NCBI GenBank assembly: GCA_039802605.1
Contig: JBDRWW010000001.1
Span: 64,001-128,000 of the forward strand
Length of the DNA: 64,000 nucleotides
Reading direction: 5' to 3'
From: a candidate division WOR-3 bacterium
Lineage (GTDB): Bacteria; Hydrothermota; Hydrothermia; LBFQ01
Shown here piece after piece: positions 20,785 to 30,894 of this stretch (the stretch's first letter is position 1; each line of letters begins with the position of its first letter). The notes beneath the pieces are model-generated. The model saw only the letters and a program-made list of their open reading frames with translations. It was not told where the DNA came from and searched no databases. A program made the translations under genes and the position numbers.

Positions 20785-21932
20785 TAATACCAATAAGCAC
20801 CTGTGGTTGGTATAGTGCAACCTATGGGGAGGGGTGGGGGTGTTGCATGGATTTCCAGCCGCATTTAATGGATACATGTGGTGGAAAACTGTATATTTTT
20901 TATCATTCCGCATGCGATGGAAAGGGTGTTTATATGAAGTTTTACGATGGTTTTTCTTGGAGCGATTATTTAAAGGTTTCAAACACACACGGGAGCGAAA
21001 GCAACTTTTATTGCTGGGGTGATACGCTGGTTTTAATGTATTACGGGTGGGGTGATTCGGTTATATACAGGGCTATATCCTACGATGGGGGGTTAACTTG
21101 GGCAAAGGAAGTATTTGCCGAAAACCCTTTATACAAAGAGGATGAGCCGTATGTTTATAAAATAGGCGATACGGTTTATTACACATACATTTACGAAATT
21201 GAGGGTAGTAGAATAAGGGTTAAAAGGGAATACCCAAGCGGTTCGGATAGCCTGATATTAAACTTTCCCTTACCCTTCGCGCTACACAACGGGAAGTTAA
21301 TCCACCTTGATACTTTAAGGTTTATAGCCGCAACCGGTTGTAATGGCAACGGTATATTTTTAATAAAAATCCATCCCCGTGGATACGAAATCCTGGAATT
21401 GATGGATACATCTTATTATTCCGCCGACATTGAGGTTTTCGGTGATAGCGTTTTCGTTTTGGGCTCGGGGCCAGGTTTTGTGCGCTTATGCTATTCTTAC
21501 AACAGGGGTGAAACCTTTTTATGTACGGATGTTGCGTTGGTTTCGGGTATAGTATCAAATGTCGAACTCGTATTAACCCCTTATGGAAAGTTTGCCATAT
21601 GGTCGGATAGTTTAACAAAATTCTCAACAAAAATTTACAGGTCTTTGGATAACGAAAATTGGCAACCTTATGATAGCATATATTCAAGCGGAAACGAGAA
21701 ATTCCCCGTTGCCATATGGAACAACGGTTTAAACATTCTTTGGACTAGCGATAGGAACGGGAAATATGAGGTTTATTTTGCGGTATTGGGGGTAAGCGGT
21801 ATGGATGAAAAAATCGGATGTGTTGATGAGGGAAGGTTCTACAATGTTTTGGGTAGGAGGGTTGATAAAAATTACAGGGGTATTGTCTTTGAGGTTAAGT
21901 GTAAATCCGTAAAAAAACATATTCGGCGGTAG
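20781..21932 (+). CDS. Asp-box/BNR repeat protein with T9SS-like C-terminal domain
   Basis: SYDGGLTW, SYNRGETF, SLDNENW repeats; C-terminal FYNVLGRRV. Confidence 0.7.
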   Translation: MIIPISTCGWYSATYGEGWGCCMDFQPHLMDTCGGKLYIFYHSACDGKGVYMKFYDGFSWSDYLKVSNTHGSESNFYCWGDTLVLMYYGWGDSVIYRAISYDGGLTWAKEVFAENPLYKEDEPYVYKIGDTVYYTYIYEIEGSRIRVKREYPSGSDSLILNFPLPFALHNGKLIHLDTLRFIAATGCNGNGIFLIKIHPRGYEILELMDTSYYSADIEVFGDSVFVLGSGPGFVRLCYSYNRGETFLCTDVALVSGIVSNVELVLTPYGKFAIWSDSLTKFSTKIYRSLDNENWQPYDSIYSSGNEKFPVAIWNNGLNILWTSDRNGKYEVYFAVLGVSGMDEKIGCVDEGRFYNVLGRRVDKNYRGIVFEVKCKSVKKHIRR

Positions 21933-21943
21933 AATTTTGGGTT

Positions 21944-23029
21944 ATGAGGTTTAAAGGGTTAAGGGATCAATGGGTTAAAAAATATGACGCTTACATATCT
22001 TGGAAGCCCGAGTTTATACATATATCGGATGTTAGATATATCTCGGGTTTTACGGGTTCAACGGCCATCTTTATGCAAACAAAGAAGAAAAACTATCTAA
22101 TCGTGGATTTCAGGTATAAGGAGCAGTCGAGGAAGGAGGTTTTTGATGGTATTGAAGTTATTGATATACCATACGAGAAAACTTCCTTCGAGGTTCTTGC
22201 CGAAATCCTAAAAAAGCACGGGATAAAAAAGGTGGCGGTTGAGGGATATACCCCCATAGGGTATATAAAGGCGATTAAAAAGTATGTAAAGGGAATTAGG
22301 TTTTACCCCATAGGGGGTTTTATATCGAAGCTCAGGGCGATAAAGACTAAGGAAGAGATCGAGACTATAAAAAGAGCCCAAGAAATAACCGATAAGCTTT
22401 TTGAATGGGTTTTAAACAATGTTAAACCGGGAAAACAAACGGAAAAGGAATTGGCCTTTGAAATGGAGAGATGGGCTAAGACAAACGGGGCGGATGGTAT
22501 GTCCTTTGAACCGATAGTCGCGGGTGGGGAAAGGTCTTCAATGCCACACGCGAGGTCTACGGATAATTTAATACCGGAAAAGGGGGTATTACTGTTGGAT
22601 TTTGGCGTTAGGTATAAGGGTTATTGTTCGGATATGACAAGAACCTTATGGATAGGTAGTAATGTTGATGGAGAATTCTTAAAGGCTTATAGGATAGTTT
22701 TGGAGGCGCAGGAAAGGGCGATAAACTCTCTGAGGTTTAAAGGGACTAGGAAGGCAAAGGATATAGATAAGGTTGCAAGGGATTACATAGATAACACGGA
22801 GTTTAAGGGAACATTTGGGCACGGCCTTGGGCATGGGGTTGGTTTGGATATACACGAATATCCGGCCTTATCGCCCAAATCAAAGGATATTTTGAGAGGT
22901 GGAGAGGTTGTCACGGTTGAACCCGGCATATATGTTGAGGGGAAATTTGGTATAAGGATAGAGGATATGGTTGTTGCGGGTAAGGGCGAAAACTTAACCG
23001 GTTCAACCAAGGAGTTGATAAAACTATGA
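21944..23029 (+). CDS. Xaa-Pro aminopeptidase (M24)
   Basis: PH, DFG..Y.SDMTRT, HGLGHGVG..HEYP, EPGIY, RIED. Confidence 0.93.
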   Translation: MRFKGLRDQWVKKYDAYISWKPEFIHISDVRYISGFTGSTAIFMQTKKKNYLIVDFRYKEQSRKEVFDGIEVIDIPYEKTSFEVLAEILKKHGIKKVAVEGYTPIGYIKAIKKYVKGIRFYPIGGFISKLRAIKTKEEIETIKRAQEITDKLFEWVLNNVKPGKQTEKELAFEMERWAKTNGADGMSFEPIVAGGERSSMPHARSTDNLIPEKGVLLLDFGVRYKGYCSDMTRTLWIGSNVDGEFLKAYRIVLEAQERAINSLRFKGTRKAKDIDKVARDYIDNTEFKGTFGHGLGHGVGLDIHEYPALSPKSKDILRGGEVVTVEPGIYVEGKFGIRIEDMVVAGKGENLTGSTKELIKL

Positions 23030-23871
23030 GGGGGTTTGTGGTTTATAAAAAGGGCCCCCATTTGGGTGTTGAGGTTAACGGCGATGTGTATTTATCAATT
23101 CCAAAGAGTAAGTTAAGGGGGAATGTGTTCGTTGGTGACTTCGTTGAAGGTGAGGTTATAGACGACCAACACTTCCGTATAGATGATGTTGTTGATAGGA
23201 AAAACCTTTTACCGAGGCCCAGGGTTGCAAATGTTGATAAGGTTTTGGTTGTATTTTCATTTAAAAAGCCCGATTTGGACCCCTTACACCTTGACGGTAT
23301 ATTGGCCGTTTTGGAGAAAGAGGATATAGAGCCCTTAATAGTTTTGAACAAAAAGGATTTGGTGGGTGAGGATGAGGCTAAGCATTGGGTGGATATATAT
23401 ACCGGTGCTGGATACGATGTAATAACATCATCGACAATAACCGGGGAAGGTCTTGAAGGGATAAGGGCCAAGATAAAGGGGCAATTGACGGTTTTGGCGG
23501 GTCCCTCCGGGAGTGGAAAGACGAGTATAATAAACTCCTTTATGCCCGATTTAAAGTTAAAGGTTCAAGAGGTTGGAAGGTATGGGAAGGGCAGGCATAC
23601 CACAACGGATATTACATTGGTTAAAAACCCGGATGGAGGTTATATTTGTGATACTCCGGGTTTTGCAAAGTTTTACATTGAGGAATTTGTTGATTACCAT
23701 GAATTGCCAAGGTTATACAGGGAATTTAAACGATTTACCTGTAAGTTTTCGGATTGCACGCATACGGGTGAGCCCGGATGCGGTGTTGTAGGGAATATTC
23801 ATCCGGAAAGGTACAAAACCTATATGATTTTGCTTAACAGATTAAAAAATGTACCTCGTAAGCGAAAATAG
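23026..23871 (+). CDS. rsgA: Ribosome small subunit-dependent GTPase A
   Basis: ANVD, NKKD, GPSGSGKT, GRHTT, DTPG, CKFSDCTH..EPGC. Confidence 0.95.
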   Translation: MRGFVVYKKGPHLGVEVNGDVYLSIPKSKLRGNVFVGDFVEGEVIDDQHFRIDDVVDRKNLLPRPRVANVDKVLVVFSFKKPDLDPLHLDGILAVLEKEDIEPLIVLNKKDLVGEDEAKHWVDIYTGAGYDVITSSTITGEGLEGIRAKIKGQLTVLAGPSGSGKTSIINSFMPDLKLKVQEVGRYGKGRHTTTDITLVKNPDGGYICDTPGFAKFYIEEFVDYHELPRLYREFKRFTCKFSDCTHTGEPGCGVVGNIHPERYKTYMILLNRLKNVPRKRK

Positions 23872-24457
23872 GCTTAAAAGAATGAGGGAGGTTTTATCAA
23901 AGAGGCAGAAAGATTTAAGGGTTTTTGTTGAGGAGGTTAAAAACGAACACAACTTTTCGGCAATTATAAGGACTTGCGATGCAGTGGGGGTTTTGTATAT
24001 ACATTACTTTTACAGGGGGGAGGAATTACCCATAAATAGGGGTATATCCCTGGGTTCAGAGAAATGGGTTTTTTTATGCAGGGAGGATGATCCCATTGGG
24101 GGTTTAAAGAGGCTTAAAAGGGAGGGTTATAAAATTTTTGCGACATACATATCTCCAAAGAGTAAGAGCTTCTTAGATGTTGATTATACCAAACCTTCGG
24201 TTATAGTTTTGGGGAACGAATACTTTGGGGTCTCCAAAGGGGTTTTGGAAGTTGCGGATGAACACATAATGATTCCAATGGTTGGTATGGCCCAAAGTTT
24301 AAATGTATCCGTTGCAAACGCCGTTATACTATATGAGGCCTTTAAACAGAGGTTAAAGGCGGGAATGTACGATAAACCCACATTAAACGAAGAGGAATTT
24401 AACGAGATATTAAAACTCTGGGCCCACGATAGGATTATTAATACCACCGTAGAATAA
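23849..24457 (+). CDS. trmH: tRNA Gm18 2'-O-methyltransferase (SpoU family)
   Basis: HNFSAIIRTCDA, GNE, IPMVGMAQSLNVSVA. Confidence 0.9.
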   Translation: MYLVSENRLKRMREVLSKRQKDLRVFVEEVKNEHNFSAIIRTCDAVGVLYIHYFYRGEELPINRGISLGSEKWVFLCREDDPIGGLKRLKREGYKIFATYISPKSKSFLDVDYTKPSVIVLGNEYFGVSKGVLEVADEHIMIPMVGMAQSLNVSVANAVILYEAFKQRLKAGMYDKPTLNEEEFNEILKLWAHDRIINTTVE

Positions 24458-24463
24458 GGAGTT

Positions 24464-25732
24464 ATGGAAGAGTTTTTAAAGGAACTGAAATGGAGGGGTG
24501 TTTTATACGATTTTACGGAAGGCCTTGAAGAATTGAGGGGTAGTGTGGTTGGGTATATAGGATTTGACCCAACCGCCCCAAGCCTTCATGTGGGTTCATT
24601 ACTCCCGTTAATAACCCTTTCAAGGTTTCAGAGGTTTGGAAATAAACCGATAGCGGTTTTGGGTGGGGGGACGGGTTTAATAGGGGATCCAAGCGGTAAA
24701 ACAAAGGAAAGACCCCTTTTAAGTAAAGAGGAAATAGAAAGGAACATAGAGGGTATAAGAAAGCAGATTGAAAAGTTTTTGGATTTTGAGAGTAAAACCA
24801 ACCCCGCAAAACTCGTTAATAACTACGAGTGGCTTGGAGAATTAAAACTCATAGACTTTTTAAGGGATATAGGTAAGCATTTCACCGTGAATTATATGCT
24901 TCAAAAGGAATCGGTGAAAACGAGGCTTGAAAGGGATGAAGGCCTATCGTTTACGGAATTCTCCTACATGCTATTACAGGCTTATGACTTTTATGTTCTT
25001 TACGAGAGGGAGAACTGCCTTTTACAAATGGGTGGAAGCGATCAATGGGGAAATATAACGGCGGGTATCGAGATGATTAGGAAGTTAAAGGGTAAAAAGG
25101 CTTATGGCTTGGTTTTCCCTCTGATAACGACTTCTTCCGGTGTTAAATTCGGTAAAACCGAGGAGGGAACGGTTTGGCTTGACCCGAACCTAACATCACC
25201 CTTTAAGTTTTACCAGTTTTGGATAAACACCGATGATAGGGATGTTATAAGGTATTTGAAATACTTTACATTTTTGGGTATGGATGATATAAAGGCCTTG
25301 GAGGAATCTTTAAAGGAAAGTCCGGAAAAAAGGGAACCGCACAGGGTTTTGGCGAGGGAGATGACAAGGTTGGTTCACGGTGAAGACGGATTGCTCAGGG
25401 CGGAAAGGGCTACAATGGTCTTATTTGGTGAGGAGATAAGGGATATAACGGCAAGCGAACTGTTGGACATATTCTCCGATGTTCCATCAAAGGAAATACC
25501 AAAGGAAAGGTTTGAAGGTGATGGTTATTCATTTGTTGAACTGTTGGTGGATACGGGAGTTGCGAATTCCAAAGGTGAGGCTAGAAAACTCGTATCCGGC
25601 GGGGGAGCCTATATAAACAACCGTAGGATAAGCGACATTTCCTATAAGGTGGGCTTAAGGGATGCCGTTGAGGGCAAGGTTATAGTTTTGAGAAAGGGGA
25701 AGAAAAACTACTTTTTGGTGAAAATAGTATGA
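24464..25732 (+). CDS. tyrS: Tyrosine--tRNA ligase
   Basis: GFDPTAPSLHVG, GGSDQWGN, KFGKT, S4-like C-terminus. Confidence 0.98.
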   Translation: MEEFLKELKWRGVLYDFTEGLEELRGSVVGYIGFDPTAPSLHVGSLLPLITLSRFQRFGNKPIAVLGGGTGLIGDPSGKTKERPLLSKEEIERNIEGIRKQIEKFLDFESKTNPAKLVNNYEWLGELKLIDFLRDIGKHFTVNYMLQKESVKTRLERDEGLSFTEFSYMLLQAYDFYVLYERENCLLQMGGSDQWGNITAGIEMIRKLKGKKAYGLVFPLITTSSGVKFGKTEEGTVWLDPNLTSPFKFYQFWINTDDRDVIRYLKYFTFLGMDDIKALEESLKESPEKREPHRVLAREMTRLVHGEDGLLRAERATMVLFGEEIRDITASELLDIFSDVPSKEIPKERFEGDGYSFVELLVDTGVANSKGEARKLVSGGGAYINNRRISDISYKVGLRDAVEGKVIVLRKGKKNYFLVKIV

Positions 25733-26820
25733 ATGTAGGGGCGAAAATGAAAGAAAGGTTTAACACCGTGGAAGAAGCCATTGAGGATTTGAGAAAAGGT
25801 AAGGTTATTATCGTTGTGGATGACCCGGAAAGGGAAAACGAGGGGGATTTTGTAGTTGCGGCGGAAAAGGTAACGCCGGAAATAATAAACTTTATGGCAA
25901 AGAAAGGTGGGGGTTTGATATGTGTGGCGATGACGGAGGAGAGGTTTAAAGAGTTAGGTTTGGATATGCCTTTGGAAAACACATCAAACTTTGGAACACC
26001 CTTTGGAATACCCATAGACGCAAGGGATACGGGGAGTGGGGCCTCCGCCTACGATAGGGCTTTAACCGCAAATTGGGTAGCTAACCCCACAAAAACCTCC
26101 AAAGATTTCTTAAAACCGGGGCATTTATACACATTAAAGGCGGTAAAAGGAGGGGTTTTAAAAAGGGCGGGGCATACGGAGGCCAGCGTTGATCTGTGTA
26201 AAATAGCGGGCCTTTACCCCGCCGCCGTAATATGCGAAATTTTAGACGACGATGGGAAAATGGCCAGATTACCCAAACTCTTTAAAATGGCGGATGAATA
26301 CGGTTTAAAAATAATATCCATAGCCCAGATAATTGAATACAGGCTCAAAAACGAAATCCTAGTTGAAAGGGTTTGGAGTGGGAAAACGGAAACCCCTTTT
26401 GGCGAATTTGATACCATCCTTTACAGGGATAAAATGAGTGATGAAATTCATATGGCTTTAATAAAGGGAGAGGTAGGAGAAAACACATATGTCAGGGTTC
26501 AAACCCATTGTGTCGCGGGGAATGTTTTCAGGGCAAGGGTTTGCAATTGCGGGGAAAACCTTGAAAAATCCCTAAGAATAATAAGCGAAAGGGGAGGGGT
26601 CTTCGTGTATATAAGGAAAAGCCAACCCCCACATTATCCATTCCTACACCTTATGGGATTACAAGAGGATAGAGAAACGGTTAAGGAGTACGGAATAGGT
26701 ATGCAGATATTAAAGGATTTGGGCGTTAAATCCCTCTATCTCCTCGTAAGTACGAAGAAAATACTGCCGGCGGTTGAAGGTTTTGGCATAAAGATTTTGG
26801 ATCAAATAGTCCTTGAATAA
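25729..26820 (+). CDS. ribBA: DHBP synthase (RibB) fused to a probably degenerate GTP cyclohydrolase II domain
   Basis: RENEGD, PGH, RAGHTEA intact; C-terminal domain lacks QEGRG and TNN motifs. Confidence 0.85.
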   Translation: MNVGAKMKERFNTVEEAIEDLRKGKVIIVVDDPERENEGDFVVAAEKVTPEIINFMAKKGGGLICVAMTEERFKELGLDMPLENTSNFGTPFGIPIDARDTGSGASAYDRALTANWVANPTKTSKDFLKPGHLYTLKAVKGGVLKRAGHTEASVDLCKIAGLYPAAVICEILDDDGKMARLPKLFKMADEYGLKIISIAQIIEYRLKNEILVERVWSGKTETPFGEFDTILYRDKMSDEIHMALIKGEVGENTYVRVQTHCVAGNVFRARVCNCGENLEKSLRIISERGGVFVYIRKSQPPHYPFLHLMGLQEDRETVKEYGIGMQILKDLGVKSLYLLVSTKKILPAVEGFGIKILDQIVLE

Positions 26821-26821
26821 T

Positions 26822-28162
26822 ATGGGAGAGGACATAAGGGAAATCTTTTACTCGGAAGCCCATAACATAATTTCAACATTGCGCGAAATAGTTGGCAGGG
26901 GGCTTAAAGGGGTTTCGGAAAAGGATATTGATGAGGCTTACAGGTTAATACATACGCTAAAAGGTGCGGCGGGATTTGTGGGTTTAAGCGAACTGATATA
27001 CACTTGCCACAAATGGGAGGAAAGTTTAAACCTCATAAAGAAAACCAAAAGATACGAAGAATTTCTGCCTACGATATCCTCCGCGGTTGAGGAGATAAAC
27101 GATATTTTATATTCGGCATCTTATGAGGATGTGTATTTTATCAGCGCGAGGGATTTACACGAGATTGAGGGGGAATTGTTGGGAATTTTGGAGGATATTT
27201 CAAAGGGAAAGACATCGGATATCTTGAAGAGGTTAAGGGGGATGTATAATCGTATATTTTCCTTACGAACCCGTCCCATAAGCGATATTTATAAGAGGTT
27301 AAGGGTGGGTTTCAACGAGCTGCTATCAAAAACGGGTAAAAAGGCGATTATCCAAACGCTCGGCGGAAACATAACCTTGGAGGTCGATAACTTAAAGAGG
27401 GTTGAGAGTATTTTGGTGCATTTGGTAAGGAATGCCGTGGATCACGGCATTGAGCCCCCCGAGGAGAGAATAAAAAAGGGGAAGGGCGAATTCGGTATAG
27501 TAAAAGTTGAGGCACAACAGGAAGGGTCGTATTTAAAAATATCGGTCTCGGATGACGGAAGGGGTATAGATTTAGAATTTCTGGAAAAAAAGGGGAAGGA
27601 AATGGGTTTGCAATTTTCAAACCCCTTAGATTTGATATTCGTTAAAGGGTTTTCAACAAAGGAGGAGGTCACGGAAATATCGGGAAGGGGTTATGGAATG
27701 GATATAGTACTTGAAGAGGCAAAATCCTTGGGTGGATGGGTAAATGTGAAAACGGAGAAGGATAGGGGCACAACCGTTGAGGTGTATATACTATCCGCCC
27801 TTTGGGGGTCAAGGTATCTGTTTGGAAACCTTAAAGGGTACAATGTGGCGTTAAACTTGGATTATGTTTATAGGGTTGCACTGGTGGAGGATGGGGTTAT
27901 ATCAAGGGGCGAAGAGTTTCTTATAAACATAGAGGGAAACCTAATTCCATTGGTGGGATACGATGGGAAGGCCGATTATGCGGTGATTTTGTTAAAGGAT
28001 AATAAAGCCTTTGCCCTATCGTTTGTGGATATATACGGCATAGGGGTGGGTTCTTTTAAACCCGTTAATTTCCAAAACGACGATTTTGTCGGGTTGGTTA
28101 TAAGCGATGAGGGGGGGGTTTTCGTAATGCCAAACATTATAAAATGGTTTGTCGGAAGATAA
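26822..28162 (+). CDS. cheA: CheA-like histidine kinase (Hpt-HATPase-CheW)
   Basis: HTLKG Hpt, HLVRNAVDHGIE, DDGRG, GFST..ISGRGYGMD. ATG is 1 nt after the ribBA stop (alternative TTG 26813). Confidence 0.88.
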   Translation: MGEDIREIFYSEAHNIISTLREIVGRGLKGVSEKDIDEAYRLIHTLKGAAGFVGLSELIYTCHKWEESLNLIKKTKRYEEFLPTISSAVEEINDILYSASYEDVYFISARDLHEIEGELLGILEDISKGKTSDILKRLRGMYNRIFSLRTRPISDIYKRLRVGFNELLSKTGKKAIIQTLGGNITLEVDNLKRVESILVHLVRNAVDHGIEPPEERIKKGKGEFGIVKVEAQQEGSYLKISVSDDGRGIDLEFLEKKGKEMGLQFSNPLDLIFVKGFSTKEEVTEISGRGYGMDIVLEEAKSLGGWVNVKTEKDRGTTVEVYILSALWGSRYLFGNLKGYNVALNLDYVYRVALVEDGVISRGEEFLINIEGNLIPLVGYDGKADYAVILLKDNKAFALSFVDIYGIGVGSFKPVNFQNDDFVGLVISDEGGVFVMPNIIKWFVGR

Positions 28163-28181
28163 ACGGAATTAGAATACGCAT

Positions 28182-29366
28182 ATGGTGTATAAGGAACTCT
28201 TGGACAAAGGGGATAAGATAATCTTAGTTGTCGTTGACGGTCTTGGGGGATTGCCCGTCGTTGGTAGTTTTACGGAATTGGAACTGGCAAACATACCCAA
28301 TTTGGATTCCTTGGCTAAGAAGTTCCCAGTTGGTGCCCTTGAACCCATAGGGGCCGGAATTACACCGGGGAGTGGGCCCGCACACCTTTCCCTTTTCGGC
28401 TATAACCCCTTGGAGCATAGGATAGGTAGGGGTATATTGGAGGCATTGGGTATAGATTTGGAGGTTAAAAGGGGGGATGTGGCGATAAGGTGCAACTTTG
28501 CCACCGTTAAAAACGGTGTTGTCGTGGATAGGAGGGCTGGCAGGATAACCACAGAGGAAAACAAAAGGATAGTGGAAAAACTAAAAGCGATAAATAGGGT
28601 TGAAGATGTTGAGGTTATTTGGGCCAGTGGAAAGGAACATAGGTTTGTTTTGCTTTTGAGGGGTGAGGGGCTTTCCGAAAGTATTAGGGAAACCGACCCG
28701 GGAAAGGAGGGATTGCCCCCATTTGAACCCGAACCATTAACCGAAGAGGCGGAGAAGACTTCAAGGGTGCTAAAAAATATAGTTGATAGTGCAAGGGATA
28801 TTTTGAAAGATGAGGATAGGGCAAACTTCTTTTTGATGAGGGGATACGCAAAGCTCCCGGAGTTGGAAAGTTTTGAGGAAAAATGGGGACTAAAGGCCTT
28901 TGGGGTTGCATCATATCCCATGTATAGGGGTTTGGCAAAGTTGGTGGGTATGTATGTTCCGGATAATACTCCCGATTTTGAATCGGAGTTAAAGGCCCTT
29001 GAAGAGAACATTAACGGCTATGACTTCTTTTACATACACTATAAAGATGCCGACAAGGCGGGTGAGGATGGGGATTGGAGAAAAAAGGTTGAGGCTTTGG
29101 AAAGGTTTGATATGTTTGTGCCAAGGTTGATTGAATTGGGTGGAATTGTTGCCATAACGGGCGATCACAGTACGCCTGCTTTGTTAAGATCCCATTCATG
29201 GCATTATGTACCCCTGTTGATAACATCCTTAAAGGCGGGGGTTCCAACCGCTTGGAGGTTTTGCGAAAAGGAGGCCTTAAAAGGTTCCTTGGGGATAAGA
29301 AAATCTTACGAACTTATGCCCTTGCTTTTGGCAACGGCTGGAAGGCTAAACAGATTCGGGGCCTAA
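28182..29366 (+). CDS. apgM: BPG-independent phosphoglycerate mutase, ApgM type
   Basis: VDGLGG, TPGSGPAHLSLFGY, DRRAGRI, GDHSTP, HSWH. Confidence 0.92.
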   Translation: MVYKELLDKGDKIILVVVDGLGGLPVVGSFTELELANIPNLDSLAKKFPVGALEPIGAGITPGSGPAHLSLFGYNPLEHRIGRGILEALGIDLEVKRGDVAIRCNFATVKNGVVVDRRAGRITTEENKRIVEKLKAINRVEDVEVIWASGKEHRFVLLLRGEGLSESIRETDPGKEGLPPFEPEPLTEEAEKTSRVLKNIVDSARDILKDEDRANFFLMRGYAKLPELESFEEKWGLKAFGVASYPMYRGLAKLVGMYVPDNTPDFESELKALEENINGYDFFYIHYKDADKAGEDGDWRKKVEALERFDMFVPRLIELGGIVAITGDHSTPALLRSHSWHYVPLLITSLKAGVPTAWRFCEKEALKGSLGIRKSYELMPLLLATAGRLNRFGA

Positions 29367-30320
29367 TCACCATTTAAAAAGTATAGAACCCCAAGTAAAA
29401 CCCGCGCCAAAGGCCACGGCGAGAACTATATCCCCTTCCTTTAACAACCCCTTATCCTCCATTTCGTCCAAGGCAGTCGGTATTGATGCAGCAGAGGTGT
29501 TTCCATACTCATCAATATTTACATAAACCTTTTCCTTCGGTAGTTTTAACCTCTCCCTAGTGGCCTCAATAATCCTTAAATTCGCCTGGTGCGGTACAAG
29601 CCAGTCTATTTTGTCCGGGGTTATACCCGCCTTTTCCAAAGCCTTTACCGCCGCTTCACCCATCTGAACAACCGCATTTCTAAAAACCTCCCTACCCCTC
29701 ATTCTAACCCCCCAACTCCCAACGGGATAGGCCGTACCGACTTCTATTTTTAAAAGTTCCGCCAAAAACCCATCCCCGCTTATAAAGGTTGATAGTATTC
29801 CCCTATCGCTTTCGTCCTTTGTTAAAACCGCCGCACCCCCTGCATCTCCAAATAAAACCGCCGTAGCCCTATCATCCCAATCTATGAACTTACTTCCACT
29901 TTCAACCCCAACAACGAGAATATACCTATAATCCCCCGTTTCCAATAATCCCCTTGCTATTTCAACCCCGTATATAAATCCCGGACATGCGGCGCTTATA
30001 TCAAAACACGGTTTATTTTTTATACCCAACTTTGCGGAGAGTATGCATGCGGTTGATGGGGTTAGGGAATCGGGTGAAGATGTGGCAACTATTATTAAAT
30101 CCAGATCTTCGGGCTTAACCCCTGCCTTCTTCAAAGCCTTTAACGATGCCCTATAGGCGATTTCCGATGTGGTTATTTCGGGTGGTGATATGTGTCTTTT
30201 CTTTATTCCACTCCTTTCCGTAATCCATTCATCGCTTGTATCCATAAATTTCTCAAAGTCTTTGTTGGTTAAATACCCCTCAGGTGCATAAGAACCTATA
30301 CCCAAAAATCTAACCATCAC
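29367..30320 (-). CDS. fabH: Beta-ketoacyl-ACP synthase III
   Basis: DTSDEWI, AACPG, HQAN, GNTSAAS, FGAG. Confidence 0.96.
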   Translation of the reverse strand: MMVRFLGIGSYAPEGYLTNKDFEKFMDTSDEWITERSGIKKRHISPPEITTSEIAYRASLKALKKAGVKPEDLDLIIVATSSPDSLTPSTACILSAKLGIKNKPCFDISAACPGFIYGVEIARGLLETGDYRYILVVGVESGSKFIDWDDRATAVLFGDAGGAAVLTKDESDRGILSTFISGDGFLAELLKIEVGTAYPVGSWGVRMRGREVFRNAVVQMGEAAVKALEKAGITPDKIDWLVPHQANLRIIEATRERLKLPKEKVYVNIDEYGNTSAASIPTALDEMEDKGLLKEGDIVLAVAFGAGFTWGSILFKW

Positions 30321-30826
30321 TTTTCCAACTCGGTAATATACGGCAAATATCTAAACTTTTCCGCCGCGTCAAGGCCATAACCCACCAAAAAAACCGGGGG
30401 AACTACAAAACCCACATAATCCGCCTTGAAATCCACCAACCTCTTTTCGGGTTTGTCAAGTAAAACAACGGTTTTTAAACTCGCCGGATTCCTCCTTTTG
30501 AGTAAAGAATATATATAACTCAGGGTCAAACCCGTATCGAGTATATCTTCAACTATCAGTACATGCTCGTGTTCTATGGGGTTATCAAGGTCTTTTAGTA
30601 TTTTAACCTGTCCGGTTGTTTCCGTGAATTTCCCATAACTTGAAACCGCCAAAAAATCCACCCTTGAAGGTATTTTAAGTTTTCTCATAAGGTCGGCCAA
30701 GAACACAAAGGCACCCTTTAAAACCCCTATCAAAACCACCTCTTTACCCTCATAATCCTTTGAAATTTCATCGGCCAATTCCGCAACCCTTTTTTGTATT
30801 TGTTCCTCGGTTATCATAAACGCCAT
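30317..30826 (-). CDS. hpt: Hypoxanthine phosphoribosyltransferase
   Basis: VLKGAF, VEDILDTGLT, VGYGLD. Confidence 0.96.
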   Translation of the reverse strand: MAFMITEEQIQKRVAELADEISKDYEGKEVVLIGVLKGAFVFLADLMRKLKIPSRVDFLAVSSYGKFTETTGQVKILKDLDNPIEHEHVLIVEDILDTGLTLSYIYSLLKRRNPASLKTVVLLDKPEKRLVDFKADYVGFVVPPVFLVGYGLDAAEKFRYLPYITELEK

Positions 30827-30894
30827 AGTTGGGAATTTTACCCCCGTAATGTTTCTTAAAGGTAAATCCAGCCGACCAAATCAACGCTAGGTTT

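Noticed and set aside
28400..29011. 203-aa antisense ORF opposite apgM (likewise 50564-51100, 13043-13522, 23043-23471)
   Set aside because: Antisense shadows of well-supported genes
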